A stretch of 63,992 bases of DNA, the filler included, from Licmophora abbreviata (taxonomy: Eukaryota): the NCBI GenBank assembly GCA_900291995.1. It is 7 parts of 7 records of this genome, joined end to end, with 100 filler letters (N's around TTAATTAATTAA, not from the genome) between each part and the next. Parts side by side here need not be neighbours in the genome. Positions count along the whole stretch, not along the records: positions 1 to 20,133 come from OLMU01003058.1; 6 more parts are not named here. One strand, written 5' to 3'. Below, one piece after another: positions 1 to 12,082 of this stretch (position 1 is the stretch's first letter; each line of letters starts with the position of its first letter). The notes under the pieces were generated by a model. The model was not told the origin of the DNA. It searched no databases and saw only the letters and a program-made list of their open reading frames with translations. The translations under genes and the position numbers were made by a program.

Positions 1-1142
1 TATTTGTCTTTCGTCGAACTGACTCCATCTCCTCCTGTTGACTTATCTTTCTCTTGTTTCAACTTGGCCGCCGCCTCTTTGCCAATCACCTTGAGGCCCG
101 TTTCGTCTGTTACCTTATCCAGTACGCCTCGGTCCTCGAGCTCCTTGTTGAGCAGCAACGCCTGAGACGCAGCCATGCTGTCTGCCTTGTCATACCACCC
201 TTTGAGCTTGTCCATGATACCTTCTCCTTCTTCTTCATTGGTCTTTTCTCTCAAAGGAGGTTCAACTTTGCTACTAGTCTCGGAGGTAGTCTCTGCATTT
301 TCTTCAGTCAGGCCAGCTGTTCGTTCCTCCAATACAACTTCCGACAATGCCCCCATGCGCTTCTTCTGTTTCCCCGAAGATTTCCTTTTCTTTTTAGAGG
401 TCGTCTTTTGCTTTGTCTGTTTCTTTCTTGGGGAAGATCCCTCGCTTCGTCGTCTTTCCAACTCCTCGAATATGCGTTCGGCATTCTTGCGTCTCGAGTC
501 AAGCTGTAGATTCAAGCAACAGATTTTTGTTGTATTGAGAAATGTGAGGCGGCAGGTACCAAAAAACGCAAAGGAACACCATAGAGCATCGTTACTGGTT
601 ACCTCTGCTTCGGCAAGCATGCCCGATGCGGCTCCAGATATCAAAGCCAGTCCTCCGCCAATCTTGTTGGTGAACAGAAAACTGAAAAGAAAGCTGGCCG
701 TGACCCACCCAAAGCCCAAGTCTTCCAAGGTCAAATTTGGATTTTCTTCCATGAGTGGTCCATTCCGTAATTCCGTCAAGAATCCATTGAAAAAAGCACA
801 CCCTACGAACGTCAGTGCGACAACGGCGTACACAGCGACACGCTGAGTTCGCTCCTTAGCCGCAGGTGTATTGCCCTCGGCACGGTAGATTTCAGCTTCG
901 AGGTCCTTTGGAATATTGGAATCGTATGGATTGAACATGAACTCGAAGAACCCCGGATTCTTCTCATCGTCGTCTCTGCTATCTTTCGTATCAGATAAGG
1001 AAATCAGAGACTGCCGCGCTTGGTGATGTCGCTGACGGCAATAACCAATAGTGCGAGGCGAAAGGACAGTGAAAGAGGAGCTTCGGCGCGCCGAAATCAG
1101 TATGCAGAGCCCTGCGGTCGGCAGTGCGCGATAACTTCTCAT
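1..1142 (-). CDS. Uncharacterised, probably plastid-targeted membrane protein; 2 exons (1142-603, 503-<1); stop probably falls at the window edge
   Basis: Absent from the ORF track because no complete stop lies in the window. ATG at 1142 gives MRSYRALPTAGLCILISARRSSSFTVLSP..., then hydrophobic segments (VAVYAVVALTFVGCAFFNG; FLFSFLFTNKIGGGLALISGAASGML). GT-AG intron 602-504, followed by a charged C-terminal region (WYDKADSMAASQALLLNKELEDRG). Confidence 0.7.
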   Translation of the reverse strand, partial: MRSYRALPTAGLCILISARRSSSFTVLSPRTIGYCRQRHHQARQSLISLSDTKDSRDDDEKNPGFFEFMFNPYDSNIPKDLEAEIYRAEGNTPAAKERTQRVAVYAVVALTFVGCAFFNGFLTELRNGPLMEENPNLTLEDLGFGWVTASFLFSFLFTNKIGGGLALISGAASGMLAEAEVTSNDALWCSFAFFGTCRLTFLNTTKICCLNLQLDSRRKNAERIFEELERRRSEGSSPRKKQTKQKTTSKKKRKSSGKQKKRMGALSEVVLEERTAGLTEENAETTSETSSKVEPPLREKTNEEEGEGIMDKLKGWYDKADSMAASQALLLNKELEDRGVLDKVTDETGLKVIGKEAAAKLKQEKDKSTGGDGVSSTKDK

Positions 1143-1316
1143 TAGGACAAACGACTTGGGTCTTGTCTTATCACTTTCAAGGTAATCAACGACAAAACCA
1201 GAGGTGATGCATCGACAATCCGGCCGCCGTTGTTGCCAAGTTGAAAGATGATGTCAAGAAAAAGATTTCAGATTTCATGGCTCTCATCTCATCACGCGCG
1301 TGACGGCAAGTATCGC

Positions 1317-1324
1317 TGACGTCA
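1317..1324. promoter_or_regulatory. Possible bZIP/aureochrome-type TGACGTCA site next to a CACGCGCGTG palindrome
   Basis: Perfect TGACGTCA about 175 bp upstream of the ATG at 1142 (minus-strand gene). TCACGCGCGTGA palindrome at about 1292-1303. Motif match only. Confidence 0.25.
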
Positions 1325-1570
1325 TAACCAAGTTTTGAAGTTTTGGAACATCTGCTTGTGAGCAAGTTTGTCTGCTTGAGATATCGTACGGCACCTCTGT
1401 GGCTGTGGCAACCCTTTTGCTACGAACGCGTAGTTTACACCTGACCACAATCACGTAGACCTGGCTATCACCTTGCTATCCTAAGGACAGTATCGAAAAA
1501 CATATTTGTTGCATCGCTATCTGCATTCTATGGGGATCCACTAGCCTTTTGTGCTCTCTACACAGTTCTT

Positions 1571-2974
1571 CTATTTGTATTCTGCTTGAAGTAGTTTCGC
1601 AATCGTTTGAAGTTGAATGTTGCTCGTGCCTTCGTAGATGCTCCCGACTTTGCAATCGCGGTAGAACTTTTCTGCTAGCAAGTCTTGCGTAAACCCGATG
1701 CCTCCCAACCACTCAATGCATTTGCTTGCCGCTCGTTCGGCCACCTGACTCGAATACAACTTGCACATGCTCGCTTCTTTCACAAAGGGGAGACCCGACT
1801 CCTTGAGGCGACAAGCATTGTACGTCATCACTTCGGCGGCGTGAATCTCAGTTGCCAGCATGGCATATTGATGTTGCATGCCCTGCCGAAGACAAAAGTA
1901 GACAGTTGTGTCAGACATGATGCGTGTGTCGTATTGGCGAGAGCACGGGCGCCTGCACGTCTACGAAAGTCCGTGTACTTCTCTTACCTGAAAGTCACCG
2001 ATCGCCGTTCCAAACTGCTTTCGTTCTTGCATGTACGGCATGGCAATATCAAAACATCCTTTAGCGATTCCAATCTGCTGTGCCGCAATTCCAATGCGTC
2101 CCTCATTGAGAATTTCAATCGCGTACTTGTAACCCATACCGACTTGGCCCAAAACATTCGACGCTTCCACACGGACGTTGTCAAAAGTCAGCGGACACGT
2201 AGACGAAGCCTTTAAGCCTAATTTCTTTTCTGGAGAACCAACTTCTATGCCCTGTGTATTCGAGTCTACAAGAAAAGCTGTAATGCCCCGGTATCCTTTC
2301 AAAGGATCGACGTTGGCAAATACCAAGAAGGCGCCAGCTTCGCGTGCGTTCGATATCCAAAGTTTACTTCCATTCAGTATAAACGTTCCATCCTCCGAGG
2401 ACTGTGCAGCTGTCGTCTTCATACTGAACGCATCACTGCCGCTCCCAGCTTCACTCAAACAGAACGATGATACAGTGGAAGAAGCCAGTCGCGGAAGCCA
2501 CTCAGCCTGGAGCTCAGAACTGCCCCAGAATCGCACGGCATTGTTGGTGAGCGTATTGTGAATATCCACCAGTATAGCGACTGAGGGATCAACTCGACTG
2601 ATTTCTTCTACTGCCAAGACTGCAGAGGTGAAACTTAGTTCACTGCCACCGTACTCTTCAGGAATTTCCATGCCCATGAATCCCAATTCGAAAAGAGTGG
2701 GAATGATGGTTGGGTCCAGTCGGCCAGCGTTGTCCATGTCTCGTACAAGAGGCTTCAAGTCATTTTGAGCCCATTGGTGTGCTGTATCGCGAATCATTTG
2801 CTCGTCTTCAGTGAATGTCGTAATGGGAGGGTGCAAAGCCGCAAGAGACTCTGATGGCGAATCGTGGGCCGCGGTAGACAGAAAGAGTCTGGCTAGACCA
2901 CGCAAAGCTGGCGAGATACGGCATTTCTCAGGAGCCAGTGACTCAGATCGAATAGCGAGACGACAAAGGGACAT
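1571..2974 (-). CDS. ACADSB: Short/branched-chain acyl-CoA dehydrogenase, mitochondrial; exons 2974-1988, 1882-1571
   Basis: Motifs [72 protein letters not shown] intron 1987-1883. Arg/Ser-rich N-terminal presequence. Confidence 0.92.
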
Positions 2975-3432
2975 GAAAGGAGCAGCAACAGTGGTAAATC
3001 AATCAAAACAGAAACAGAACAAGAATGCCATCATATGCATCGACACCGAAATTCTGAAATTCTAAATCGGACGAGAAACGATGTGAGAGCGCGGCAGATG
3101 GATGAGACGCGCGTGTGACACCAAAATGTCCACAGATCTTTCTCTGCGAACCCCGTCAACCGCATCTGTCTAGGTTGTGTGCATCCTCAACCCTTGCTTT
3201 CTTCTATTAGGGTAGTGGCAGGCCGAAGATGTTTCTTTAGAGTTTGACAATTTTCCCATTGTCAATTCTTGCGGTGTGCTTCAGTGCGGGCCGTAGTATG
3301 AATTCGGAACGGAGAACTAAATTGCGCCCGTGCGCAGTACGTTGCGTAACAAGTCGTGGTCGTTCTCTGATGGTTGTGGCGGTATCAGGCACCCATTAAG
3401 TGGATCTGTTAAACATTCTCTAGTGTACGAGC

Positions 3433-5323
3433 TTACTTGGTACGAGCTCGCTTTCGACCGCTTGACGACGACCCGTCAGTGTTCTGGTTGTCATTTCCCG
3501 CCTTGGCAGCATCATAGGCTTGCTTCATGCGTCCCATGTTGCTTTTGCTAATGGTCTTGTGGTCGACAATGGGCTCGGGGTAGTCCTTTCCAATCACGAC
3601 GCCACAACTCTTCTGAATGCTGAGTGGAGCAGTCCAGGGTTCGTAAATATACTTTTTGGGGAAGTCCTTGAACTGTGGGAGCCACTTCCGAATATAGTTG
3701 CCGTTAGGATCAGTCTTCTTCCCGAACGCAACGGGACTAGAGAAAGTGAAACGATGTGAGGAGCTGTGAGATGTGTCTGCCTAGTCGCTGAGGATGGGGA
3801 ATAACATGATACAACAACAAGAGTCAAGTCTCACCTGTAACATCGAAAGTATTGATAAAAGTGTGCAGTGCACGATAGCCACTGTAACAAGCCGGAACAA
3901 AAGTTGGGTGAGCGCTTATGTCACCTCAAGAATCTTCACTTGAATCAAGCAATCGTATATCTTACCTGCCAGTTGAAATTGTTAATACTCCAGTCAGCAT
4001 CAATCAGTCGCTCCTCAAAGACGGCCGCTCCGGCCTCCCAGCTCTGCCACAGATCGCCTCGAGTCAGAAAGCACGCAACGGAATGACGAGCCAAGTGGTG
4101 GATCCAGCCCGTTTCTTTTAGCTGCGTCATGATTGCATCAATGAACGGGTACCCTGTCCGACCGTCTCGCCAGGCGACGAGGAGCTGAGGGTCGTCGTCC
4201 CACGGAATTTGACGTGCGACCGGGTTGCCTACCATTTTGCCAAAGTTCGGAGTCGAATAGCCCATGAGATAGTTGTATTCACGCCACATTAGTTGACCAT
4301 GAAGTGAAACCGGTGGCTGGGACAACTTGTTCGGTGGAAACGTAGCATATACTAATGACAGCTCGTGATAGAATCGTCGTGGCGAGACGCATCCATGCTT
4401 AACATCTGCGACGGAGATCAAGTCGAGCATAACAACATTTTAGAAGCCGTCAAGTGAAGATACATTCGAAAGCAAAGTGACGTACATGGACTCAACCCAG
4501 TCGTGTCAGCACTGAGAGCATTCGGACTTGTCTTTGGTTTCTCGAAGGTGCAAACCCATTGTTTTCGAGCCATCATGGTCTTGAGAAGATCGAGACCTGC
4601 ATCCTCTCCTCCCATGAAGTCAATACCCGCTTTCTTTCTCCCATCGAGATCTGTTTCGTTGTATCCAAGAGCCTGTAGGTCTGGGACACCAATGCCTCTC
4701 AATCCAAAGGCCTCCTTCAGTGCCTCTAACGACGGCAATGGCGGAAAACTCTTCACTTCGGCGACCTCAGCAGACACCTCGCCAAGTCTTTGGAAAATCT
4801 TAGTGAAGCCACCGTACGTAGCGGGTGCCACGTGTCCTTTGCACAACGTGAGATAGTGTTCCAAAGGGTGAAGGGTGTGAGTGTCGTATCCCTGAATATC
4901 GATCTTGGCGCTTCCACCCTGTCGCAAGCGGTCTTGAATGGCATCAAGAGTCTCCCCATCGGCCTCTCGCACCGGTGCGGCTGGATCGCGCTCATAATAT
5001 AGCGTTTTGGCTTGCAGGCAGGCGACGACCTCGGGCAATACCTCTGTCGGCTTGCCCACCAACACCACGAGCTGACTGTTGTGCAACGACCGCAATTTCG
5101 AATCGAGTTCCCGTAGAGACTCAAGCACAAAATTGGCACGAATACAACCGGCTCGTTGACCTGAAGACTGAGAAAAAGGCGCATCAGGGTCAATCACATA
5201 GAGGGGAAGTAACTGTTGAGAGTTTTCGCAGGCATCCAGGAGGCTCGGGTTGTCATGCAGGCGGAGGCCATTGCGAAACCAGTGAATCGCGACGCCATCA
5301 GCGGACGACGAGGAGCGAGCCAT
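3433..5323 (-). CDS. CPF1: Cryptochrome/(6-4) photolyase family protein (diatom CPF1 type); exons 5323-4486, 4405-3966, 3882-3835, 3736-3433
   Basis: [87 protein letters not shown]. Three GT-AG introns restore the frame. C-terminal basic NLS-like GRKRARTK. Confidence 0.9.
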
Positions 5324-6018
5324 GCTGAGTTGAGACAGATGCCCCACGGAAATGGCTCTGCGAGATGCAGCAGCCCGAAGAATTTTGATTTGCGGCGTCG
5401 AAAGCCACAAAGTAAATGGGTAGGAGAAGGCGGGCCAGATCAAGAAAATAAGCGCAATCAGGTGAAGCCGGCGCCTTCCAGAACGCGTAGTTCGTTTCAC
5501 TACTGTTTGACCCAGAATTCTCACTCCGATCTTCGTGAGCGTAGAGTTACAGTATACTGTGAAGCCTTGGGAGTTGCACTCGGTTATACGGTGGCGTTTC
5601 TCGGCTACGACTAGGCATGTATCATTGTCGAGTGACGACGTTTGAAGTCTTCACAAACTTTTTCTTTCCGTCACTTTTTCGCCGATGAGTCATCAAGTTG
5701 AGTCGAGTGAGTCATGTACGTCTTATCGGACGCCGCACAGCATTGACCCATTCTCCGCTTCATGCGGGCGACGAACAGACCTAAGATCTTCGACGACTTT
5801 CCTTTTCACGGGCCGCGAGGACAGCAGCCATGGCACCACAATGCTATCAATGATCGTCGTTGTGACGCTCTTTTCTCCGTCCAACGTCGCTCTACAGCCC
5901 ATCTGATGGTAATCAGTTTCCTTTCTGACTGACTATCTTCCTTTTGTATTGAACATCCAGAGAAAATTGCTCCTGAATTGAAAAAGTTGAGTCTTTGAAC
6001 TTTTCATTCTGCCCAAGA

Positions 6019-9000
6019 ATGAGCGGCTTTCTTCCGGATCTGGCCAGCTGGGCGCTTCGTGGGGGCGCCGGGGATGTCAACGAGGACGAAAATAACACTG
6101 AGAACAACAATGAGTCTGCCGCAGTGGGACCGCAGCTTACCGAGGACGAAATTCGAGAGCGCCGTCTGGCTCGCATGGCCATGTTTCAGGCGCCCGCAGA
6201 GCAGGATCAGGCTCAGCCCATGGACGTGGACAGTCCACAAATAGAACCGAAAGCTGATGGTGATGTGAAAATGCTTGCGGAGGATGATTCGAAACCAGTT
6301 CCGCAAAAGATTGTTGCGAGCTCGACGCCCAAGAAGGAGTCGGTCACTCGTGTATCCACAGCTGCGGCGCAAGTGACGACGAAGCCATCCCCGGACCGCA
6401 AAAAGACAAAACTTGCGTCACCGGCAGATTCGGCCCGCAAACTACAGCGCAAGAAGGAGCTACTGGTCAAAAAGGTTTTGCAGATTGCTGTGTCTTCTAA
6501 CAACGCAGACGCTTCGAGTGTCTTGATTGAAATGGAAACGATTGAAACGCAGACGATTGCGGAGCTGCTTGCCGCGCGTCTTGCCATGGACCCTGGCGAT
6601 CGCGCGTTTGCTTCCTTGCCACCTCGGAAGAAGGCTGCTATTCCCTATCTAGCGCAATGTCACAAGAGTGCCGGTCAGGAACTTAAAACGATGAGAGAGG
6701 CATCCAAGTCCAAGACACATGGGAAAGACCTTGAAGAGCTGCTGCAGGAAATTCAATCGCAGGTTGTCAGCTATGCCGCTTCCTCTCTGATGGAACCCGA
6801 TTTGTTTGAGCTAGGTAGCAACGGTGTCGGAGACTTGGTTCAATGTCTCCTGAGCACCTCCACAGACTTTGCCTCAAGCATTACCGCTGGAGTAGACGGA
6901 AAGTCCGCGTCCAGCTTTTACTTCCTTCTATGTGAGGAGCTTACAACGCAAGACCAGAATGCATTAACGCGTATCGTTGGAGAAGTGGCGGGGCATCTGA
7001 CCAAACAGCTCGCCAAGTTGGACTCGGTATTAGATGGGGACGAGAGTGGGGGTGGTGTGGTTATCTTGTCGGCCTTGGTGGCACTGTGCTCACACAAAGG
7101 TGCAGCATTTGCAATGACGCAAGCAACAAACTTTCTCTTGCCAGCTGCCGATACATCTGTGGCCCAGGAACGCGTTGTTCCGCCCCCTCCTCAGATGCCA
7201 CCAGGTGCATCTTCCCAACAGCAGAACTTCTTTCGTTTGATGCAAGCCATGAATCGAGGCGCCAGTGCGGGATACTTGAAGCGATCGGGTCCCGCGCTGG
7301 AAAAGGAGACACTCTTGGGAAGTGCCTTTCGTCTTGGATGTCCACGGGATAGCCCCAGTGTGACATCGGGGTTCTCCAACATGATGTCGGCTTCACTAGA
7401 CTCGATCGAAAAGGCGACGGGGCATCAGCGACAGCAGCTTAGGGTCTATCAGAATGCGCTCAATCAGTTGATTAAGAACCTTGTTACAGCTGGCGCCGAT
7501 GCGCGTAATCAGGTAAAAGCATTGGAAAGGTCTAGTGCTTGTGACGCTCTCAGATGGTATATCTCTCACTCTTGCGGGCTTTTGATTGCCCATCACAGGT
7601 TATGAAGTGGTTCATCGATGCATTCCTCGTGAACGTCGGAGCCGACGCGATGCGCCCGGACCAGAACAAGGTCAGCACAGTCCCAACGCTGATCAACCTC
7701 TCCGTTGTTCTTCTCAAGCTTTGTGATCCGTTCATGTCCAACGAGAAGAAGGCTGCGCTGATCGACCCGGGGTTTGTTTCGTCTGAAAAGGACCACGGGG
7801 GAGTCTATGTAATGAGTGGCGACGACGCCGTTACAAGACTTGGCGAGAATCCCAGCCCTCCAGAGGAGGCATATGCTCCAAAGAACAGCTTTGTTCCAAT
7901 GTGTTTCTTCTTCACGGCAAGATCCCTTCATTTTGGCATCGTCCCGCTTTCCTCGTTTCATCACAACGTGCTACGACAGATCAGTCACATGCACTGGGAC
8001 CTACGTTCGCGCGGTGCCGATCTGAGAGCAGAGCCGAGATTCAATCACATGCTAAGCATACAGCGCGCGAACGAGGTCACCTTGTTTGCAGAGGAAATGG
8101 TAGCAGACACGTTCCGCTTTTGCAATCTCATGGCAAGAATCTTGCTGACAATGGACGATGAGCAGCTGTGCCTGATGCCCGAACACTTTGTCTATGACAT
8201 TTGCAGCATCCTTCAATTCATGGCGAAGTTCAAGGCGAAGCTTATGAGCGGGACAGACTTCAAGCATGTCTTTCAGATGGTTGTCAAGCTACTGTCTCCG
8301 AAGTATGCCCATGTAAGTTTGCCTGAAAATGTGCTTTACTGACTATCTTTGTGAATTCGAGCGCTCACCGTCGTCCTCTTCCTCAACTCTGCAGATGGTG
8401 CGAAACTATAATCTTCGAGCCAAACTCGGTGACGTACTGTACGAAGTCTTTCTTCCCACCGATGCCGACGACAATGATCGCCGCGAGGTACCTGCCTCGG
8501 TGACGACAGATCCTAATGCTGGTGGCCAGACGTATCTGCTTTCAGACCCGTCGTCTCAGGAGACGCTTGCTCCCTCGCTTTTACTACTATACGGCGAGGT
8601 GGAGCATACCGGACACTACGAAAAGATGGGCCATCGCGCTAGAATCGCGTCTCTCATCAAGTATCTTTGGGAAAGCTCCGAGCATCGTCCAGCGTTTCGC
8701 CGCATCACCCAGAACAAGGACAGTTTCATCAAGTTTGCAAACGGCATTATGAACGAAACAAACCAATTGATTGCTACAGTTATGGAGAAGCTTCCATCGA
8801 TTCGCCAGGTGCAGGTGCAACGAGCTAATGCCCAAGAGTGGGCAGCACTGCCCGAAGAGCAGCGTGAGACGATTTCTAGTCGTCTCGACGAAGACGAAGA
8901 AGAGGTCAAGCGCGCGCTTCCGCTCTGCAATAGGACCTTGCAAATGCTGGGATACCTGAATACTGATGAAGACATTCGGAAGCTCTTTCTCCTGGATGAA

Positions 9001-9672
9001 ATGTGTTCACGTCTTGTCAACATGCTAATGCATGTTCTGACCAAGTTGGTCGGGTCCAAGGGACTTGAACTGAAGGTACGATCGTCGCCTGTCGATTTTT
9101 GCTTGTACTTGGAGGGGGATCTTTGTCTTTCGGAAGCTCATTGACACCATTTTCTCTGCCTGTCTTTTCAGGTCGACAATCCTGAAGACTACAACTTTCG
9201 TCCCAAAGAAATGCTCCGCGACTTGTGCGCTGTCTTTGCCCTTTTCGCATCTTCCAATGAGTTTATCGTCGAGTGCGCCAAGAGCGGCTACTACAAGGCA
9301 GAGCTTGTTCTCAAGGCCGCCAAGACGTGCCAAAAGCTGAATCTGTTGAAGGGCAAGTCCATGGAAGAGTTTGCGTCTCTCCCCGAGTCCGTCGAAATCG
9401 CCGCCAAGGATGTAGAAATGGAAGAAGCGCTCGTGACGAATGCACCTGAAGAATTCCTCGACAGTGTACTGTACACGATGATGCGGGATCCCGTGTTTCT
9501 TCCGACCAGTGGCAAGCATGTGGATCGGTCGACCATTACACAACACCTGTTGAACGATCCGACGGATCCGTTTACGCGAGCGCCTCTAACGATCGACAAG
9601 GTGGAATCTGCGACGGAACTCAAAGAAAAGATTGAAAATTGGATTGAAGAGAAACGAGCGTCGAGGAAGTAA
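6019..9672 (+). CDS. UFD2: U-box ubiquitin conjugation factor E4 (UFD2/UBE4); exons 6019-7512, 7599-8312, 8395-9075, 9172-9672
   Basis: EIRERRLARM N-terminal motif, MPEHFV, VRNYNLRAKL, LVGSKGLELKVDNPEDYNFRPKEML, C-terminal U-box (PEEFLDSVLYTMMRDPV...LLNDPTDPFTR). Three GT-AG introns. Confidence 0.93.
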
Positions 9673-9961
9673 AACGAATCACATCGCATTGCACCGATAC
9701 ATGCCGATTGTGGGAGAGCCTTGGGTGGCTTGAGGTTGACTGCGAACGGTGGGGAAGACTGTATGTATCGAGCGGTGGACTGGATGGAGCCTACGGCCCC
9801 TCCGAACGAACGCAACACACTCCACAGATTGAGATAGCTCTCAACAGTAGTACATTTCACTAAGATGTGGCATGTGTATTTTGTTTCGCTTGTCCGTCAC
9901 CACTACATACGATACTGTCGTTGCACATCGGAATTACCCCTTCGACGAAGGCTCGTTCTTT

Positions 9962-10300
9962 TCAGTGGACCATGCTCGGCGGCGGAGGAACATCGCGGTT
10001 TCGGAGATGAATCACGTGTGCGGGCACATTCTTCTGCTTCGACACCTTCTTCTTGATGTTCGTCTTAGCAGCAAGCTCCTCTTCGTCGCGATCGAGTTCT
10101 ACCCCGTGCGATCGTTTCAGGTGAATATCCCAGAGCTCTTCGCCAAGCGATCTGCTGCGCTTGCGTGGAGATGCCTGAGGAGCCGACGGGTCGTGATCGC
10201 GGTCTGTCACGACATCCTCTGGCCGCTGGCGATGTAGATGAACGAGAAAGAGCTCTTCTCCCACAGTGCTTGGCTTTGCGGTCGTTTTGGTAACCATCAT
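9962..10300 (-). CDS. Small hypothetical protein (about 112 aa) with a duplicated GEEL[FW]xxHLxR motif
   Basis: First ATG at 10300. Two copies of the motif (STVGEELFLVHLHR...DRD; SLGEELWDIHLKR...DRD) are conserved at the protein level, which argues for real coding. Confidence 0.6.
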   Translation of the reverse strand: MMVTKTTAKPSTVGEELFLVHLHRQRPEDVVTDRDHDPSAPQASPRKRSRSLGEELWDIHLKRSHGVELDRDEEELAAKTNIKKKVSKQKNVPAHVIHLRNRDVPPPPSMVH

Positions 10301-10676
10301 GGTTGAGTTCGCGTTTTTGTAAAGAATATGGGTTGACGCGTCGAAAAGGAGCTGATCTGACACCGCCATCAACCACACGTAGAAGCTGTACTGGTTTCAA
10401 CGCCTTCCGATTTGAGATGAAGGATACCTTTCGGACAAGTTCCATGCGCCCCGTAGGATTCTGTATTGAAAATAGGGAGGAAAGGAATCCGATTTCCCAA
10501 CCCAAAAGGATGCTTCGTAGCCCTATGTTCAACGTGATGCGTCGCCGACATGTCACAAAGCTCCTTTCGATGGGCCGGAAGTATAGTTGTCTTAAGTTTG
10601 AAAGTATTACACTGACCGTAGAGCGATCTTCCCCACCGACTGCGTACTGATTCTTGAAAAACCAGAGGGTCTTCCT

Positions 10677-12082
10677 ATGAGTAGTGCTGGACCCGCCCCA
10701 GGAGACGGCGACGGGCTTCCGCCGCGTTCTTCGCGCAGTCGGTCGCCGCCGTCCTCTCGCGGCGGCAGATCGCGTCGCGGTCGCCGGAGCCGTCGCTCGT
10801 CACGCAGCCATTCGCCCCGCAGTCGCAGCGCGTCGCGATCCCCTCCCCGGTCCTCTCGCCGCAGGGGACGATCGCGCAGTCGCAGCTGGAGTCGATCTCG
10901 CAGTCGATCGCCAAGAGTAAGTGCCAATAGCTGCGTCGTAAGAGAGTGTGGCCATTGTGTTTGTGCGTTGTGCAGGAGGATATCTGGGTATAGTCGAACG
11001 CGTTTCCTTGCCAGCTCCATGCGCCGTCTCTCACTTCTCTGTGTTACTTGTATCGTTAGGGCCGCCGGGACTACCGCGACAGAGACTATCGGAGCCGACG
11101 AGACCGCATGGGTCCTCCACCACCCGGATACGGTCACCCGGACGACTACCACCGAGGAGGCTATGGAGGTGAGTATTGACTTGTGTGTCAATTCTAATAA
11201 GAGCTGCTCAATTGCCTTCGAACTAACCAAGAAATTTGTTGCGTTTCGTCGTTTCTCTCTCCTCCCAGACCCAGGATACCATCGCCACGACCCTTATGGA
11301 CCACCCCACCAACCTTATGGCGGCCCCCCTAGCGGCCCCCCATACGACGACTTTGGCGGCCCCAACGGCGGTCCATTTGGCCCTTACGGTGGTGGCCCAC
11401 CCCCTCCTCCCCGCGAACCCCGTCGCGACCGTCGTGGCCGCGTTCGCGACGAAGGTCCTCCGGGCGTCTCCCTCTTGGTGCGCAACGTCGCGAATGACAC
11501 TACCTCGCAAGAGCTCCACCAGGCCTTTGGACGTATTGGAGAAATCAAGGACGTCTATATCCCTCGCGATTTTCATTCACAACAGCAAAAGGGATTTGCC
11601 TTCATCGAATTTGCCACTCCAGAAATGGCGCGTGAGGCGCGAGATGAAATGGATCGCTTTGTTATCAAGGGACGCGAACTGGAGGTCCTCTTTGCTCAAG
11701 AACGACGCAAGACTCCGAATGAAATGCGAGGACGAGGCGTGGACGGAGAAGGAGAGCGCGAAAGAGGAGGAAGCGGAGGAGGAAGACGTGATCGCGGCGA
11801 CCGCGGTGGTGACCGGGGAGACCGTGGCGGTGATCGCGGAGGCGACCGCGGCGGACGTCAGTTTGAACGGTAAGTACTACAAAGTGTGGAGTAATCGAAA
11901 GTCTTCTTGTTTTGTTGTCAAGTATGCCTTTTACTGAATTCTCATTTCTACTTCTTAACAGCTCCTCGTCCTTCGAACGCCACAAACAACGAGAACGCGA
12001 GCAACGTCGAGGCGATGATTCAAGGCCGGATAGCGGTCCTGTTGGCGAAGATTCAAGAGCGGAGCCTGGTCCGTCTGACTAA
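10677..12082 (+). CDS. SR-family splicing factor (N-terminal RS region, single SC35/SCL-like RRM, RGD/RGG tail); exons 10677-10916, 11060-11168, 11269-11869, 11962-12082
   Basis: RS dipeptide tract. RNP2 SLLVRNV, DVYIPRDF, RNP1 KGFAFIEF, FAQERRKTPNEMR. Three GT-AG introns. Confidence 0.88.
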
